Position numbers and translations under genes: made by a program | Notes under the pieces: generated by a model | The model's database searches: none | What the model saw: the letters and a program-made list of their open reading frames with translations, nothing else | What the model was told of the DNA's origin: nothing | Source of the DNA: Anthoceros angustus | Taxonomy: Eukaryota > Plantae > Anthocerotophyta | Length of the DNA: 64,000 nucleotides | Reading direction: 5' to 3' | Assembly (NCBI GenBank): GCA_010909165.1 | Contig: MU008159.1 | Span: 558,001 to 622,000 of the forward strand | Part shown: piece after piece, positions 37,860 through 52,100 of the stretch | Numbering within the stretch: the stretch's first letter is position 1 | Layout of the letters: each line of letters opens with the position of its first letter

Positions 37860-39223
37860 ATGAACCTTGTCCATACATTATGTCCTCCTTCCAATAGTAC
37901 TGAGCCACCTTCTTTCCTAGCTTGGCCTGCTTCTAAGGTGAAAGCCTTTGTGGCAATTTCCCAGACCTTAAGAAGGTCACCGCTACTACATCCGCTCAGA
38001 TGTTCCTCACAGACTCTGCATACAAATTGATGAGTGGAGGGCTGTCTTCAACATCCTCATGCAGCATGACTAACATGGCATGTGGACTACTCTCTCCCCC
38101 AGCCAGTTGCTCGCTGTTTACTTCTTGTCTTCTTCGGCGATCTCCACTTGGTGAAACCGTAGCCTCGAGTCCAATGTTGAGAAGAACTTGGCAAACCCAA
38201 TGGTATCGAAGATCTCTTTGGCCGTCGGCATGATATAATGATCATGCCTGTGGGATTTGCTCGTTCAACGGACGGTGGTCACCACACATTCTTGTCTCCG
38301 TCCACAATCCATTCTCATTCTTCTTTTTCGAAAGGACTGTCGCAGCTGAGTACTGTGAGTTAGATCGTCGAATCAGCTCTAGCTTGACAAGCTCTTGGCT
38401 GCGGTCCCAGTTGCGCTCTGGATCCTTCACTTGGTTTCTTTTAACTTGTCTTGGTGGAGACCAAACGCTTCCTTCACTCTTCTTCCAACGATCACCGGCT
38501 ATGCTCCGGTATCAATCAACATCCTCCTTGGTGCGAATCCAATGATTTCAATGTGTTTCTCCCAATTATTGACCAGAGCAACCCCACTCGTGCAACATTC
38601 CGTTTCTCTACAAGGATGCATGCCTCCAAGGTCAGCAATGACATCATTGTTACCTGCTGTGGCACATCGTGGACACTTGCTTCGTCTTCAAGGGTTGTCA
38701 ACATCTGCCGAGTCAAACCCCTGATTTCCTTCACGCCATGTCTTGTGGGTCAAAACATGCATCTCAAGTTTCTGCGCCATCGCTCCACAAGAATCTGCAT
38801 GGGTTTCTCCACATCGCCCATTCTGGACTTTGATGTTCCTCCCACAGTTGCTCTTGTTGGCAATGGCTCAAACGACTTTGGCATCTTGATATAAGTTCGT
38901 GAAGAGGATACCGAGCCTTCCTTCCGCGTCTTCCACGCTGCATATGTCAAGACGTTCTCTTCTTCCTTTGAGCTATCTTCTCTCGAAGCTGCCATAGGTT
39001 TCTTCCCTTTGCCCTTGGATCTGGTCATTGTCGCCATGTATCCAAGCTTGTGCTCATCTTCTTCGTCCTTCGATGATGAACTGCTGCTCTCCTTGATCTT
39101 CGCTTTCTGCACCAACTTCTCTAGCTTTGCGAGGCGTTGCACGAAGCTGTCCATCGTCTTCTTTGATGCTTTCCGTTTCTTCTGTCCACAGGACTTAGCC
39201 GGTGCTAGTTGTCTATTGATCAA
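37860..39223 (-). mobile_element. Decayed Ty3/Gypsy LTR-retrotransposon internal fragments
   Basis: In minus-strand order: gag-like basic ORF 38750-39223; aspartic protease motif RMLIDTGA (38503-38525) followed by a stop; RT N-terminus LIRRSNSQYSAATVLSKKK..TETRMCGDHRPLNEQI (38242-38430); integrase-like VAQYYWKEDI near 37890. No intact LTR pair was identified. Confidence 0.8.
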
Positions 39224-39279
39224 GCAACTTTCTAAGCTGTATTCTTATGTATGTATTTGGAACTCGAACAAACATACAA

Positions 39280-39401
39280 TACACAAGATAACAACATAGA
39301 AAACGTAGAAGTTGATTAGTCCAAGCTTATTGTTTTGCATTACACAAGATAACAACATAGAAAACGTAGAAGTTGATTAGTCCAAGCTTATTGTTTTGCA
39401 T
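39280..39401. repeat. Perfect 61-bp tandem duplication
   Basis: tacacaagataacaacatagaaaacgtagaagttgattagtccaagcttattgttttgcat x2. Confidence 0.95.
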
Positions 39402-39571
39402 TGAAGTTTCAAACGTGAAAGCCGAGCTCATGAGATTGCTATGCTCCAGCCTTGGCGCGTCGCCTCCAAAGCATATTAAAACACACAAGTTACAGCTCTG
39501 CACACACCTCGTCAAAGTATATTTTAACACACAAATTATGGCTTCGGACCCACCTCAGTCTGATAGTATTA

Positions 39572-39800
39572 GAGGCTTCCATCAGAGACTTCCATAAGCA
39601 ATCAATGCTACTGGTCAATGACATCACAATATATGAGTATCACATATGAGAATTAAAGGCTTCCATAAGCTGCCAACACTACTAGTCAATGCCATCACAA
39701 CATATGAGCATCACATATAAGAATCACGGGCTTCCATAAACTATGAACACTACTAATCAATCAAATCAATGACATCACAACATGAGAGCTTTAGTACTCC
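39572..39800. repeat. Degenerate ~70-bp tandem units (cttccataa..tactagtcaatg.catcacaa.atatgag)
   Basis: Three imperfect copies are visible; probably the retroelement 5' leader/LTR region. Confidence 0.6.
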
Positions 39801-40135
39801 ATAGTTTCTCTCTATGATAACTAAAACATAATTATCACTTGTGGTGATACAATCATTTCTGATAATATTTTTGCTTGGTGTTCGAATGTTGCCCTTATAG
39901 GTACTCTTCCAGTTCTTCCATACGTTCACCATCACTTGCTGAACCTTCAAGATCACTTGCTGAACCTTCCCCGTCACCTGCTGAATTGAAGCAAACAGAC
40001 GATTTTTCTTGAGGAGCCGAGGAAAGAGACTAAAAGTTTGTGAAGTCTTTTTTTCCAGAAAGTGAAAGAAAGACGGGGCTGACCTGATTTCATCCAGTTG
40101 CAGGATATAGCAGAAGACCTGTTCACGACAAGAGT

Positions 40136-43100
40136 TCACCAGCACTGCAGCCCTAGTAGAGCAAGCCAAGGTAACAGGATGGTATGCATCCTTGAAGAGA
40201 AGGTGGTTGATGCACTGCTAGCAACCTGAGCTAGCACCAGCCTAGATGAAGTGTTATAATCTGTAGTGATGTTCATTAACTGCAGTGACACAGTGCCATC
40301 CCTGTAGTTGCTTTCCGTGAAGCCATCCAAACTCAGAGTGCCATTTGTGAAGTGAAGGATTTTGAAAGTATCGTTGAGGGGAGCTACAAGGTTGGTGAAT
40401 GACACAAGTAAGGATATGATTTGGGAGAGGCCGGCCTCTGGACCCAATAATGCAAAGTCACAGACCTCAAGAATTGCCAGCAAATCCCTGTAGAAGTAGG
40501 CAGTTATCCATTCTCCGGCTGAGAGTGGTGCAAACGATGGAAAGCATGCCACAGCAACACTGACACTGCCTCGGAACTGGGGTGAATGAACGACTTCAAA
40601 TCTGAAGTTTTCAACACTTCCAGTAAAGTTGACTGTTGCAACTTCCCCGAGTAGCTCTTTCTGAGCGGAGAGAAGGGAGAAGGTTGGACGAAAAACATAG
40701 CTTGGAGACTGCACACCAAACCCGACGCTGTTTGCCACAATCTGTGCCAGAAGGAGCGGCATTTTAGAGGCTGAATGCATGAGACTGCCCCTGGTCACAG
40801 TGCACCCAGCATGTATAGCATTCAGAAGAGCATCAACCGCATCAAAGTAGCAGGGGTTGTACGGTTGCCCTGCGATGAAAAGTATGGCAGACACATGGTA
40901 AGGTATTGACAAACAGGAGATCATCTGCAAAAAGCACAAACTGAAACCACTTATTTACCTGAAACAGATGGCACATTAAGCCGATGAAGAGCAACTTGCT
41001 GCAGTTTATCGACCATTATACCTAAGGATGCGTGGAGTTCATTGTCGCCAATATTTCCTGGGCTGCCAAGAATCTTGCTGTATGCACAGGCGACTGCAAG
41101 AGCTGTATAGGGTCCTGTGCCTGATGATACAGTGTCACTCAAAAAAGGGGGAGGGTACCGGGGGTCTGTGGTAGAGATCATGCTGAGCATGTCATTTACA
41201 ATCTGGGCAACGCTTGGATCACGAGAGCAGTTAAGTGAATGTTCACCGATATACTGAGAACCAAAAACCTCGATTACCTGAAGTGCACTGTAATATTGCT
41301 TTTGACTCTCCCTTGCAATGAAAATCTTATCCAACAAAAGATTTGATGAATTCACTGACAGAAGACTTCGCCTAGTGACCTTCGTGGATGTGCCTGTGGA
41401 TCCTGAGTGCATCACAATTATGCTTGGCAGCTGATAGAGGGTACCCTGAGGAGCATCTTCACTTCTGACAGAAACTGGGCCAGGATTTGCCACATAGACT
41501 TGGAAGGTGACCGACCCAGCTTTGACAATGAAGTCACAGGCTGAGTTCACAGTCGAAAGAGGCTGGATGACTGTTTGTGTGTTGTTATCAGTGATGTATC
41601 TGAACTCGTACTGCAGCGCTCCTTGCCCCTGACCTTGTGTCCATCCATAAGCCACCAACGTATAAAGGGTCTGCCCAGCTATGTGAGGTCCATCAGGTGG
41701 ATCTCTGGTCAGGGATACAGTCCCTCCAGAGGGATCAAACCACGTTGAGAAGTCAACCTTCGCGACACCCTGAGCACCCTCTGACTTGGCAAAACAGAAG
41801 ACAGTATATGAAGCACCTCCGACTAATGTGTGCGGAGGAATAAATAGACTACCCTGTCCCATGGCAGCAGCTGTAATATCTGAAAACGTCCGCCTGTCAG
41901 TTCCTGACTCGATGGACCAAGTGAAATCATGCTCTTCGGAAAGACACCACAGCATAACCTGCTGAGCACGGGACATGCCGTGTGCAGATTCTGCTGCATT
42001 CTGGAGAACCAAGGATACCGAGAGCAGATTAGATGGGCTGGCATCAATAATGGATGATGCAGTCACTCCAGTTCTTCCTTCAGTTAATGGTTCCTTGTCC
42101 ACAGTCACCTACAGAAACAACAAAAAGTGTGATTGTTAGCACACGTTGCCAACTGACTGAAATAATGCGAGCGGACTACAAAGAACCATTACCGAAAAGT
42201 TGTATGTCCCAGTGCCAAGTACTCCTGCAGGTACGGTAATTATTCTTCCAAAATCATTAGATAGTTGGTTCTCAAACAAGAACAAGGCATGAGGCCCCAA
42301 GTCAGGCTCACACCTCCAAGTATACTTGATCTGGTAAGGAAGGCCATAGGGATCTACAGAATCGTCTGGATCGATTACGACTGCTTCTAACGTAAAGCTT
42401 TCAGATGAGTTAACAGTTCTACTTCCACCAATGATTTTCAATAACAGGAAAGAAGACTCTATGGCTAGACTTATCTCTGCTGTCGATTGTGATGACGGGA
42501 AGCCAACAAAGTAGCATGTAACCATGAATGCATAGGTACTGTCGGTGTCAAACTGATTCCCCGGTATGCTCAAAACTCGCTCATTCACAATTGTAGAATT
42601 GAGGTCAAGTAGTTTTCCTGCTGACTGTGACCATTGATAACCGAGTGCTAAGGACAAAGCCGCAGCAGTGCTAGAATCATTTATGCATCTTCCAGATGTA
42701 TCCACAGGCTTGGAGGAAGGAAGAGTCCCAATTGCTTCAATTTGAATCAGTTCAGAACGGGTGCCAATGCGGATCTGCTTCAAACAACGATGACAAGGTT
42801 AGAGCTGCATTTGCTACCAGCGTCCCGACCTGCTCGATGCGTGAAGGACCAGTACAGGACCAACTTTCATTCGTCACCTGATCAGACCCGAAGATGGAAA
42901 GTAAAGGGACCGGACTTGCAGTCGCCTTAACACTTCTGGAGGTGCTGGCCGAGTCTCCTCTAAAGTTGACCACAGTCAGTGTGAACTTATAGATCTCACC
43001 CTGCTGAAGAGTGCCTGGCTCAAGCGTAACACACATTTGATCGGAAGGGGCGTTCATCAAGATGGCTCTCACAAAATTCACTATAGTTTGATCACCAGAG

Positions 43101-46100
43101 CCCTGCACTGAATATGAGAATATCATGAAACGTCCCCCTGACCCAGATGAAGCCGACGCATCCAGAAATAGGGGGTCACAGGGGCCAACGGCAGTTGGGC
43201 AAATGAGGTTTGCAACAGGTGAAACAGGACTGTTCGGCTGCTGCAATGGGACCTGTCCTTTCACAGGATCAGAAGTACCTGATTGTCACCATCAATCATC
43301 ACATCAAACATCGGCTTCCTTCCAAGAGTTTGCTATGAATTTGACACCATGCCAGTCAGTTTTCCAGATCCACTCCTAAAACCAAAATCCTAAAACCACA
43401 GTGGAGTAGAATTACCCTCAGCATTTAAGATGCTGCCACTCTTGATACTAATGTAGTCACCAGAGCCGGAATCACCAGGAAGAATTTGAGCAGCATTTCC
43501 TAGTGAAATGATGAGAGTCCTAGGATCATAGAAAGTGCACAAGGGGTTTGAGCCAAGCTTTGGGAGAACAGAGACGTCAAGAAAAGCTGCACATCTATCT
43601 GCGCCAGTGAGGTTGAACGATCCACTGAAATAGCCTGCACAGAGACGGGACTAATCAAAGTCATCAAGTGCAAGAAGCCCGAAACATTCAGAGAAACCAA
43701 TGCACAGGCTTCGGAAAGTCCAGCCTACCACTGTCTGTGTCTTCGTCAAATAAGACCCTAATTCTGTTGAGGTTATCGGACAGTATGGCACCGGTGAGAG
43801 TGGGAGAATGATAGCTCAGGACATCAATCTGAAGCTCTATGACCGTGTTAACCCAGATGATGGATATGTTAACCAACCCAGGACTTGTTGGAGTGAATCG
43901 AATAGAACCAGAATACTCCTTGGGTTTAGGGTAGAGTCGTAAAGTTGTAGAAGAACTCTCAGTACATCCGAAGTCCACTAGCAGTGAATAAACGGGACTC
44001 GAGAGAACCGACGGCAAAGAACAGTTCAAATTCCCACAGACATCTCTTCCCATCACCGACACTATGATTTCATCACCTGCACGAGTGAAGGAAGGTGATA
44101 CATTTACTGTACTTGTCAAATTCGAAATAGCTCCAGGAACGATCTCCACTGATCCAACTACTGTAGACAAGGGGCCCTCTCCAGTGATATGTGTTTGGGA
44201 ATCGATAAGCATAACATCATAGACATCTGCAACTGTGATAACTGTCGAGATGGAGAAGGAGGAACTCTTGTCCGTAGGTTCAATGGCAGCTGAGAACTTC
44301 AGACCATTCACAGGGAATGAAACTCGACAAATAGATGCTCAGTCAAATTTGGAATGGTGTATACACCGTTGTAATGCTGTTTGGTGCCACCATACGTCGA
44401 ACACATACATACTCGCATCAGAAAACACAAAACAGCAGCTGATTGAACTTCCCCAAAAGCAAATGAATGACAACATGGAATGACCTCAGCGAACAGCATA
44501 CCAGCTCTAAAATACTGAGCTCCCCGGCTTCCATGTCGTCCAAGGGCCACAGGACAAATTCTGAGAGATCAATACGTGAAGACTCCACTGCAATGGAAAA
44601 TACTCTTGCTTGTACACCATTTAAGAAAATGAACAATTCATACATCCCTCCAAACAGCGGAGTGAAATGCAGAACATGAAATGCACCACTACTATTCACC
44701 ATAACTGAGGAACTGCTCAGGGAAGAAACGGGAATATGGTCTGCTCGTGCAGTGAATACATCACCTCCATGTATCTGCTGGAAAAGTTTGGGGTTACCAA
44801 ACTCATCACATGGAACCAGAGTAATAGCTAGCTCACTGCCCACTTGAATGACATCATGGTCACCAAACATTATACCCTCCTTGTACAACGTGTCTGGTGC
44901 ATAAGTGTCTGGTGCATAGGTTAGGAATGTTGACTCAGATTTCAGATACAAAGTCCTTGCAGGGTGAGAAGGGCCAGGGACCAGAAACACCACGAATCCG
45001 CTGTTTTTGATGAATATGCTGCCGTCAAGGGAGGTTATCTCAACAACATACTTTTGAGACACTAAGAGATTCACTGTAAATCCAAAGGGTCTCTTTTCCG
45101 TTGGCCCAACAGGGAATGATCTGTCTCCAATCCTAACAGCAAATGCAACAGTGCCTGGATCTGGAGATCCTGGCAAATCAATGCCATCAGCATCTCGGGG
45201 CTGGATACTCAGAATCAAGTCAGTGCCAACCACTCCCAATACCGGTTGTAACGGATCGATAGGCACTCCCAGAGAATCAAGGGCAACACTGTCTTTCACA
45301 GACCATGATCCAACCTGAGACTTCACCCTCACATACCTAGGCCAAAGCAAGTCATGTTAGAACCGGCAAGAAAACGAAGATAGCTTATGGGACATAGGCT
45401 GCAGTCCTGTCTGAGTGGCTGTGTACCTCGTAGGTCCAACCACCTTCCCATCATACATGAGGGAAACTGCCAAGTTGGCCGTAGGGAGGACAGGCACATA
45501 AGAAATCTGAGCTGTCCCATTTCCAATTTGGACAACAATGGGAGGACTGGTCACAGCTAATGCTGGACTGAATGCAGCAGTTAGGATCTTAGAAGGCCAT
45601 GTCAACACAGTATTATTAAATGAATCCTTAATGCGGACATAGAAAAGGGTAGCCTGTCAGATAACACCAGCAAACTCCTGTCAGAAACTATAGAGATCCT
45701 GTCTAGAGAGAGCAGAAATCCAGACAAGCAAAACAGAAACTCTCTTGCAAGTGCAGGTTTCAAAACTTATCCGCACACGTCATACCTGATTCACTATTCC
45801 ACCACATTTGATGCCAGCTCCAAAGAGGACAAATCTGCTAGGATCCGGATTACCCGGTAGGACGCGCGTAAGAAAAGCTAAGTTACCAGGATCTCTGACA
45901 GTTTTCCCTAGGACATTGACCTGGACTTGCACAACCCCGGTAAAATTCGTATTGAAGCTCACGTCATATTGTGATCCGTTGCTGTTAACAAAAGGGTAGG
46001 GGGTGGTGAAAGCAGGAGGGATATCTTCCGATGCTAAGATCACCACCAGCCCAGAGCGTACCAGAGCATCAATTGAAACGTTGTTATGAAACTGGTCAAA

Positions 46101-49100
46101 GAGCTGAATATGGAAAAACAGGTGCCAACCGTACAACCATTGGGATTAAAGATTAATTTTGTACTCTCAGCATCTGCATCAGCGGGTAAACTGTAACATA
46201 ATCCTGGAAAAACAGCTCATCGTCAAGAAAGGCCAGAACAGTGTGATTGCCACTGACTGTATGGGTGTACGATAGTAAGTACGCGCCATCCATCGTATCA
46301 TTCAATGTTGCAGTTATATTACTGTCACCGGATACCAAAACCGCACCAAAGTTGAGTCCCCCACTCCAGAGTCTGTTCCCTGCCCAGTCTCTGCTGACTA
46401 TTAATATGGTACCAGGTGCGCTGATGGTGATAGCATGTTGGTGGCCATTCAAAGTTACAGTGCATTTCGAAAGATCAACAGAAGCAGGAACGACAGCAAG
46501 CTCCACGTTTACAACCTCGAGCTCCCCATATTTGATCACAATTTGAGTAGCATTTGGCTGTGCTTCACTAGAACCAGCACAAACACAAAGATAGCTGAAC
46601 CCATAGAGTCCACGACCAAGATTGGTCATCATAGCAGATGCCCACTCGTCTGGAGCGGTCTCAACAATTTTAGTAATGTGAAACACATCGGAATCTGATA
46701 GGCGGACATTTCCAGAACTATCTCTAGACTGAAGAGTGATATTATGGGTCTCCCCAGAAACACATGGTCCAAGTGATGCTGGGTCAACTGTTGAGGTATA
46801 AGCACTCACCGGACCTGGAAGTATCTGGCCACCAGAAAAATGAGGTACAATGTCAAGTCCAGCCCGCCTGATACAACATGGAAACTGCAAATCACAACAC
46901 TATTAGCAGGAACCTTGATCAAAAAAGGAGAACCCGAGACATTCATAAAACTTCTAGTGACATGTAACAAGGACCACCCAGCCGTCTTCGGAGTGTAGTA
47001 GACTTCATAATTTGTTCCCGTCCACAAAGGGAACATAGGATCTGGCTGTAAGTACCGATCATTCACATCTTCCAAACTTTCAAGAAGCACATTGAACAAG
47101 CTTCCCCCATCTAATATGGTGTTGTTCAGTACATCATACACATCGATTGTGAACCTGTGTGTGCATCCAGACAAGACGTTTGAAATATAAGAATAGAAGT
47201 CTCGCAGTCAACGTGCTACAACATATACATGCCTTTTTGTCTTGATGCATTAGGATGCACTATTGAACTCCTGCTCTATTCCCATATTAACCAAGCTAAC
47301 CTGGTTGATAGGCCTGCATAGATGGGAGCACCTCCACCCACTTCATCACCAAGTGCTTTGCAGAAGGGTGTGAATACTGGTCCAGCACCAACAAGCAGGT
47401 TAGGGAACCGTCTGATCCCCAGGTCTCCAACTCTCACATCCAAAGTGTATATTCCACTTGCTTGAGCAACATATGTGCAAATAGCACCTGCTGGCGAGAA
47501 AACAACTCTGCATTTCTGCTGCACAGAGCTCCTTAGACTAAAAGAGATTTTAGTCTCAGTAATCTCTGAGAAATTAGTAATGTGGTTGTCAAATTCATCA
47601 TAGAGTTGTACCAAAAACGTTGTCAAAACTCCTGCCAATGCCATGGATGCCCCTTCACCAAGTACCTGAGTCAGAAACAGCTGTCAACAGAACCTGAACG
47701 TATCTGTGCTTGATTAGGTTATAAGCTCCGCTCTGAACAATTCATCACATTTGATGCAGTGACAACAAGCAACCCAATTTGGACAACGTTTGCATGACAC
47801 TCCCGTTGCCACATTCTGAAAAACTTCCAGACTAACCATATATCGAATGCATACCCGAGTATTTGGAATAAATGGCCCTCCTGGAGATGTTACGACTGAG
47901 ATCTTTAATGGGACCAATTCCGTGGATGACCCATTATTCAACAAAAAATTGAACGTGTAAAGGCTACCTGTTACACGCAGATGGTACAATATCTTATCTG
48001 AGCTTGCTTCGCAGAACCCACCAAAAGATAAAACGAGTACATTACAACAGAAAGCTGTGATACAAGGTTCACCTTCAAACGCTGCTTGCACAGGCACAAA
48101 CTCCAGCACCCAAAAATGATACGGGATTCCAGAAAGGGTGGTGCCAGAACTGAGGACCAGAGGTGAGTACAAAGTCTCACTATTTGGCTGCAAAATTTGT
48201 GCCTCAAAAAAATCCAAGGAGCTGACGATATAATCCTGCAGATTACCGAAACTGTCCATTGGCTGGACTTCAATGATTATCTCATCCATGCCTGATCTGT
48301 ATTCAGCTAAATTGCTTGCCAGCATGACGCCTATGGCGTCCACGAGAGTGGGACCTGAAACAACCTGCAGGCAGAGTCTGGTCAAGCTGTTGTCCCAACA
48401 TTTTTTAAGATTTGATAGTGCTGAGGTTATTCAGAAGGAGACAACCCAAAGCAATCATTGATCACGAAGCTTGAAAAATGTTGAGATTTTATGCTGCTGA
48501 GGTTACTCAAAAGATTGGCAACTTAGAGCAATCGTCCATCATGAAACGTAAAAGATGGACCTGTAGAGTGTAGCCGTTTCTATTTCCGCCCAACGGAATT
48601 TGTTTTACACCAACTAGTATGTTGAAATGATACAATCCAGTGCTCTGTGCCAGAAACTCTAGAGAAAATGTTCCATTTCCATTATCCAACGATATAAAGC
48701 TAGGGGAATAAGAACCCATATTGCTGCTGTTGATTAGAGACAAACTTACAAAGTTGTTACCAAGATCTGGACTGTGAAACAAAGCGACACCATTTACATC
48801 CACCAACTGCACATCAATACCTGCACTTTGACCTGCAACAATCATTCCCCCCAAGATGCCAGTAGCTACGCACTTCTCTGGAGAAGTGACTCCCACATTG
48901 GATTGGACAACAACTTGAAAGGGGCTCAAAGCTATTGGGCTTCCAGTATACAGGATGGAAACATTTACAACAGATACCTTCCTGGCTATGTATGTGACTA
49001 GGCATTGTCCGTTGAAGGGAGCTAAAGTGCTAAATTCCAGACTAGGGTCAGCGGCTATGGACAAATCTTTGCAGATGGCAGGAGAAACATCAGAACCTTG

Positions 49101-52100
49101 AACATTATTTAGACCATCCTGAACCTGAACTAAGATGGGATTGCTTGGGCAGGCAAGTTTGGTACAAACAAGAACAGAGGTCAACCCACATCCACGTGCA
49201 ATACAGTTGCCTGGAAGAACATCCCCAGGTAGAACACTGCCAATGAAAGGACTCCCCACAACCTTGGAGTCTGTGAGGTTTGTTGAGAAGATCAAATCGA
49301 GGAACAACTGCCCACTCTTTAATGGTTGATAGTATAACCACATCCCACTAGTTTCATCTACCGATATGTTTGTGAAGGCACTTGCATCTTGACCATGGTA
49401 GTCAACAAATCCATTTCTGTTCACCTCACGGATGCTGATTTTTGCTGCCAAGTAAGGAATGTAACCAGTAGATTTCTCACTTGGGACAGACAACAAATTG
49501 CCAAACTTGTCACTGAGTTGTAGCAATATTGAACTTGGCTGCCCTGCTATTGTAAGGTTGTCCCCAAGGCCCTGTCCACTGGGCCTTATTCTAGTGAGAT
49601 CAACAGGACCTGCATCAACTCTATAGTAACACATGGTGACCCAAGGTCCTCCGATGAGATGATCATTTATGAACAAGGATATGTTATAAAATCCTGCAAC
49701 CATGACAGAAAAGGTAACAGAGTATGTCCCGTCATAGTTATCCACAACGAGAGGAGGTGCCGCAATATTTTCCGCCAGCATTTCTCCGTCCCTTAATATC
49801 TGAAGGTCACGAAACTCTGCATATCCTGAAGAAGTGTTCTCCAGGAAGAGCTTACTGTCTTCCAAAGGGAAGGCTGACCACAAACTTTTCGATAGCTGTT
49901 TCTCATTTCGAATCCCAGAATCCGAGATTATCCCTGGATAGTGTGACACAAGGCAAAAAGCCAACAAGTTACAACCAACCCAGCCAATTCACAACTCCAA
50001 GTTACTAACAAGTTTTACGAGGTCACCTACCCTCTGAAGAAGCAATTCTATCCTGGTTATGAAGCTGCACAGCTGCCGATACATTTAGAGCTGGCACAAA
50101 CCTCCCAATATTCCCAAAGGAATCTTTTGGTAGTACATCAACCCTCCAATTCAAACCATGACTATCCGCCCATTGCTGTCCCTGGATAATGTCAGTCTTT
50201 GCTACATTCACTTCACCAGGGATAAGGCGATACTTGAATGGGCTGCCAGATATCTGCTGGGATGTGCCATTCCCGTAAACCAAGCTGATTGTAAGGAAAT
50301 ATGGGAGATCAAAATAAGCGCCCAACCCTGAATCAAAGTATGTTGCCATAGTAGCAGAAAAAGTGACATCATACGTTCCATCCCCACTTCCTCGGTAGCC
50401 ATAGGAAGGAAAAGTGTCAGCTGGGTATGTAGCAGGAAGGCCTGCAATGGAATAACCAGTCAATATGAACGGAGTCAAATCACAACCAAGAAGCAGTTTT
50501 CCACTGCTTCCCTCGAGAAGTCATATGCTTAGAACTGATGAATGCTGTGACATTGTGAAATTGTCTGAAGAAGCACACTACACTAACCTGTAGGATCAGG
50601 ATAAAATCTAACATCAAGTATGTCAACGATTGAATTGTCTTGCATATTTCCACGAACATCTCGAATGAACACTTTCAGCTTCCCAACACTGCCTGCCACC
50701 AATGTTGCACTTGACAGAGAGGTATTCAGTCTTCCAGCAAACGAGTCCATGACTGCAAACGAGTTTTCTGCAGACGATGGAAGAAGAGGAGCAGTCACAG
50801 TGAAAGGGCTGCCATTCAAATCTCTGTCTCCTATTAAGATCCGACAAGAATAATTTCCTGGATAGAGGACACTGTAATTTGCCACCAACTCCAATGTTTC
50901 GTCCTGGGAGTTGCTACTAGATGAAATAGTGGCATAAACAGGTGGAAGTGTTTCTGTCTCCAAAACAACAACAAATGCACGTGAAGTATCCCCTGAGCAT
51001 GTATTGTTCCATTTATCCAGGCATGTAATTAGCATGATACTTTCAGATCCGCTGACTGTACTAGTAAGCCCTTGGCCTCCCACTATAGTAGATGTGTCTG
51101 CTGAGGGTTGATCTGCTACAACCGTGACATTGCAGTAAAATGCAGCACCAAGTCCAGAATCATCAACTGCGGTGAAGCTTATATTGTACAGTCCAGCTTC
51201 AGTGATGTTGTACAGCACTTCAAAGGTGGCAGAGGATGACATCGTACAGACTGGAGCAGTCAGTTCTACACCTGAGTCAATGTTGGAAACTGTGGCACTG
51301 CAATTTATTCCTTCACTTAGCTCATTTCCATAGGAATCTTGAAGGTAGATGGTTATGCTGCCCAATGCACCTGCTATAGTTTCTGTGAGGAAACGAACTG
51401 TACTCTTGTGGGCCACAGGAGGCCCAGGGTAGAAGTCCACTGGCATCCAACTGGAACCTGAAATCACAAACAGGAATTAGCTTATGGGACTCCTGACATA
51501 TTATTAACAGAAATTAGCTCAGTCTGACGGGGCATGTGGAAAACGATGCCCACCTGATAAAGGTTCGTCATTAAGTGTGCATGACACGTTGTAGGCTCCA
51601 GCCTTGGTGACAGTCAGGGAGGCAATCAGGGAGCCATTTTCAGCAACTGATGTGATACCGTATGCAAGCTCTCCTGTGCTAGCTCTAGCCACCAGTGAGA
51701 ACTTGTCATTTGATAGAGGATAGGACGATGTATATACCTGCTCATTTAGCCACTCATCAACAGGGACAATCAGGCTTGAGAAAACAGTCCCAACTGGGCA
51801 TGAACGTGGTATTTGAGCAGACAGCCTGGTAGTTTTCGAGCTTGTTGCTCCGGGTAATACTGTGATAGACTGATTCAAGAATGCCGTGTCATCAATCTTG
51901 AGCGTCAGGTTGTAGTTTCCAGCTACATTGATGACATAAGATACTATATAGGTCCCATTCTCCAAATCTTCCACACGACCAGAATATGGGGAGGATCAAT
52001 AATCAGATTAAGCAATGCCCCTCCAGCATACAGTGGAATGCCGTTTTCATCCGCTGCATCGAGACTGAAGACAGTCTCCTGATTTGCAACAGAACCAAAA

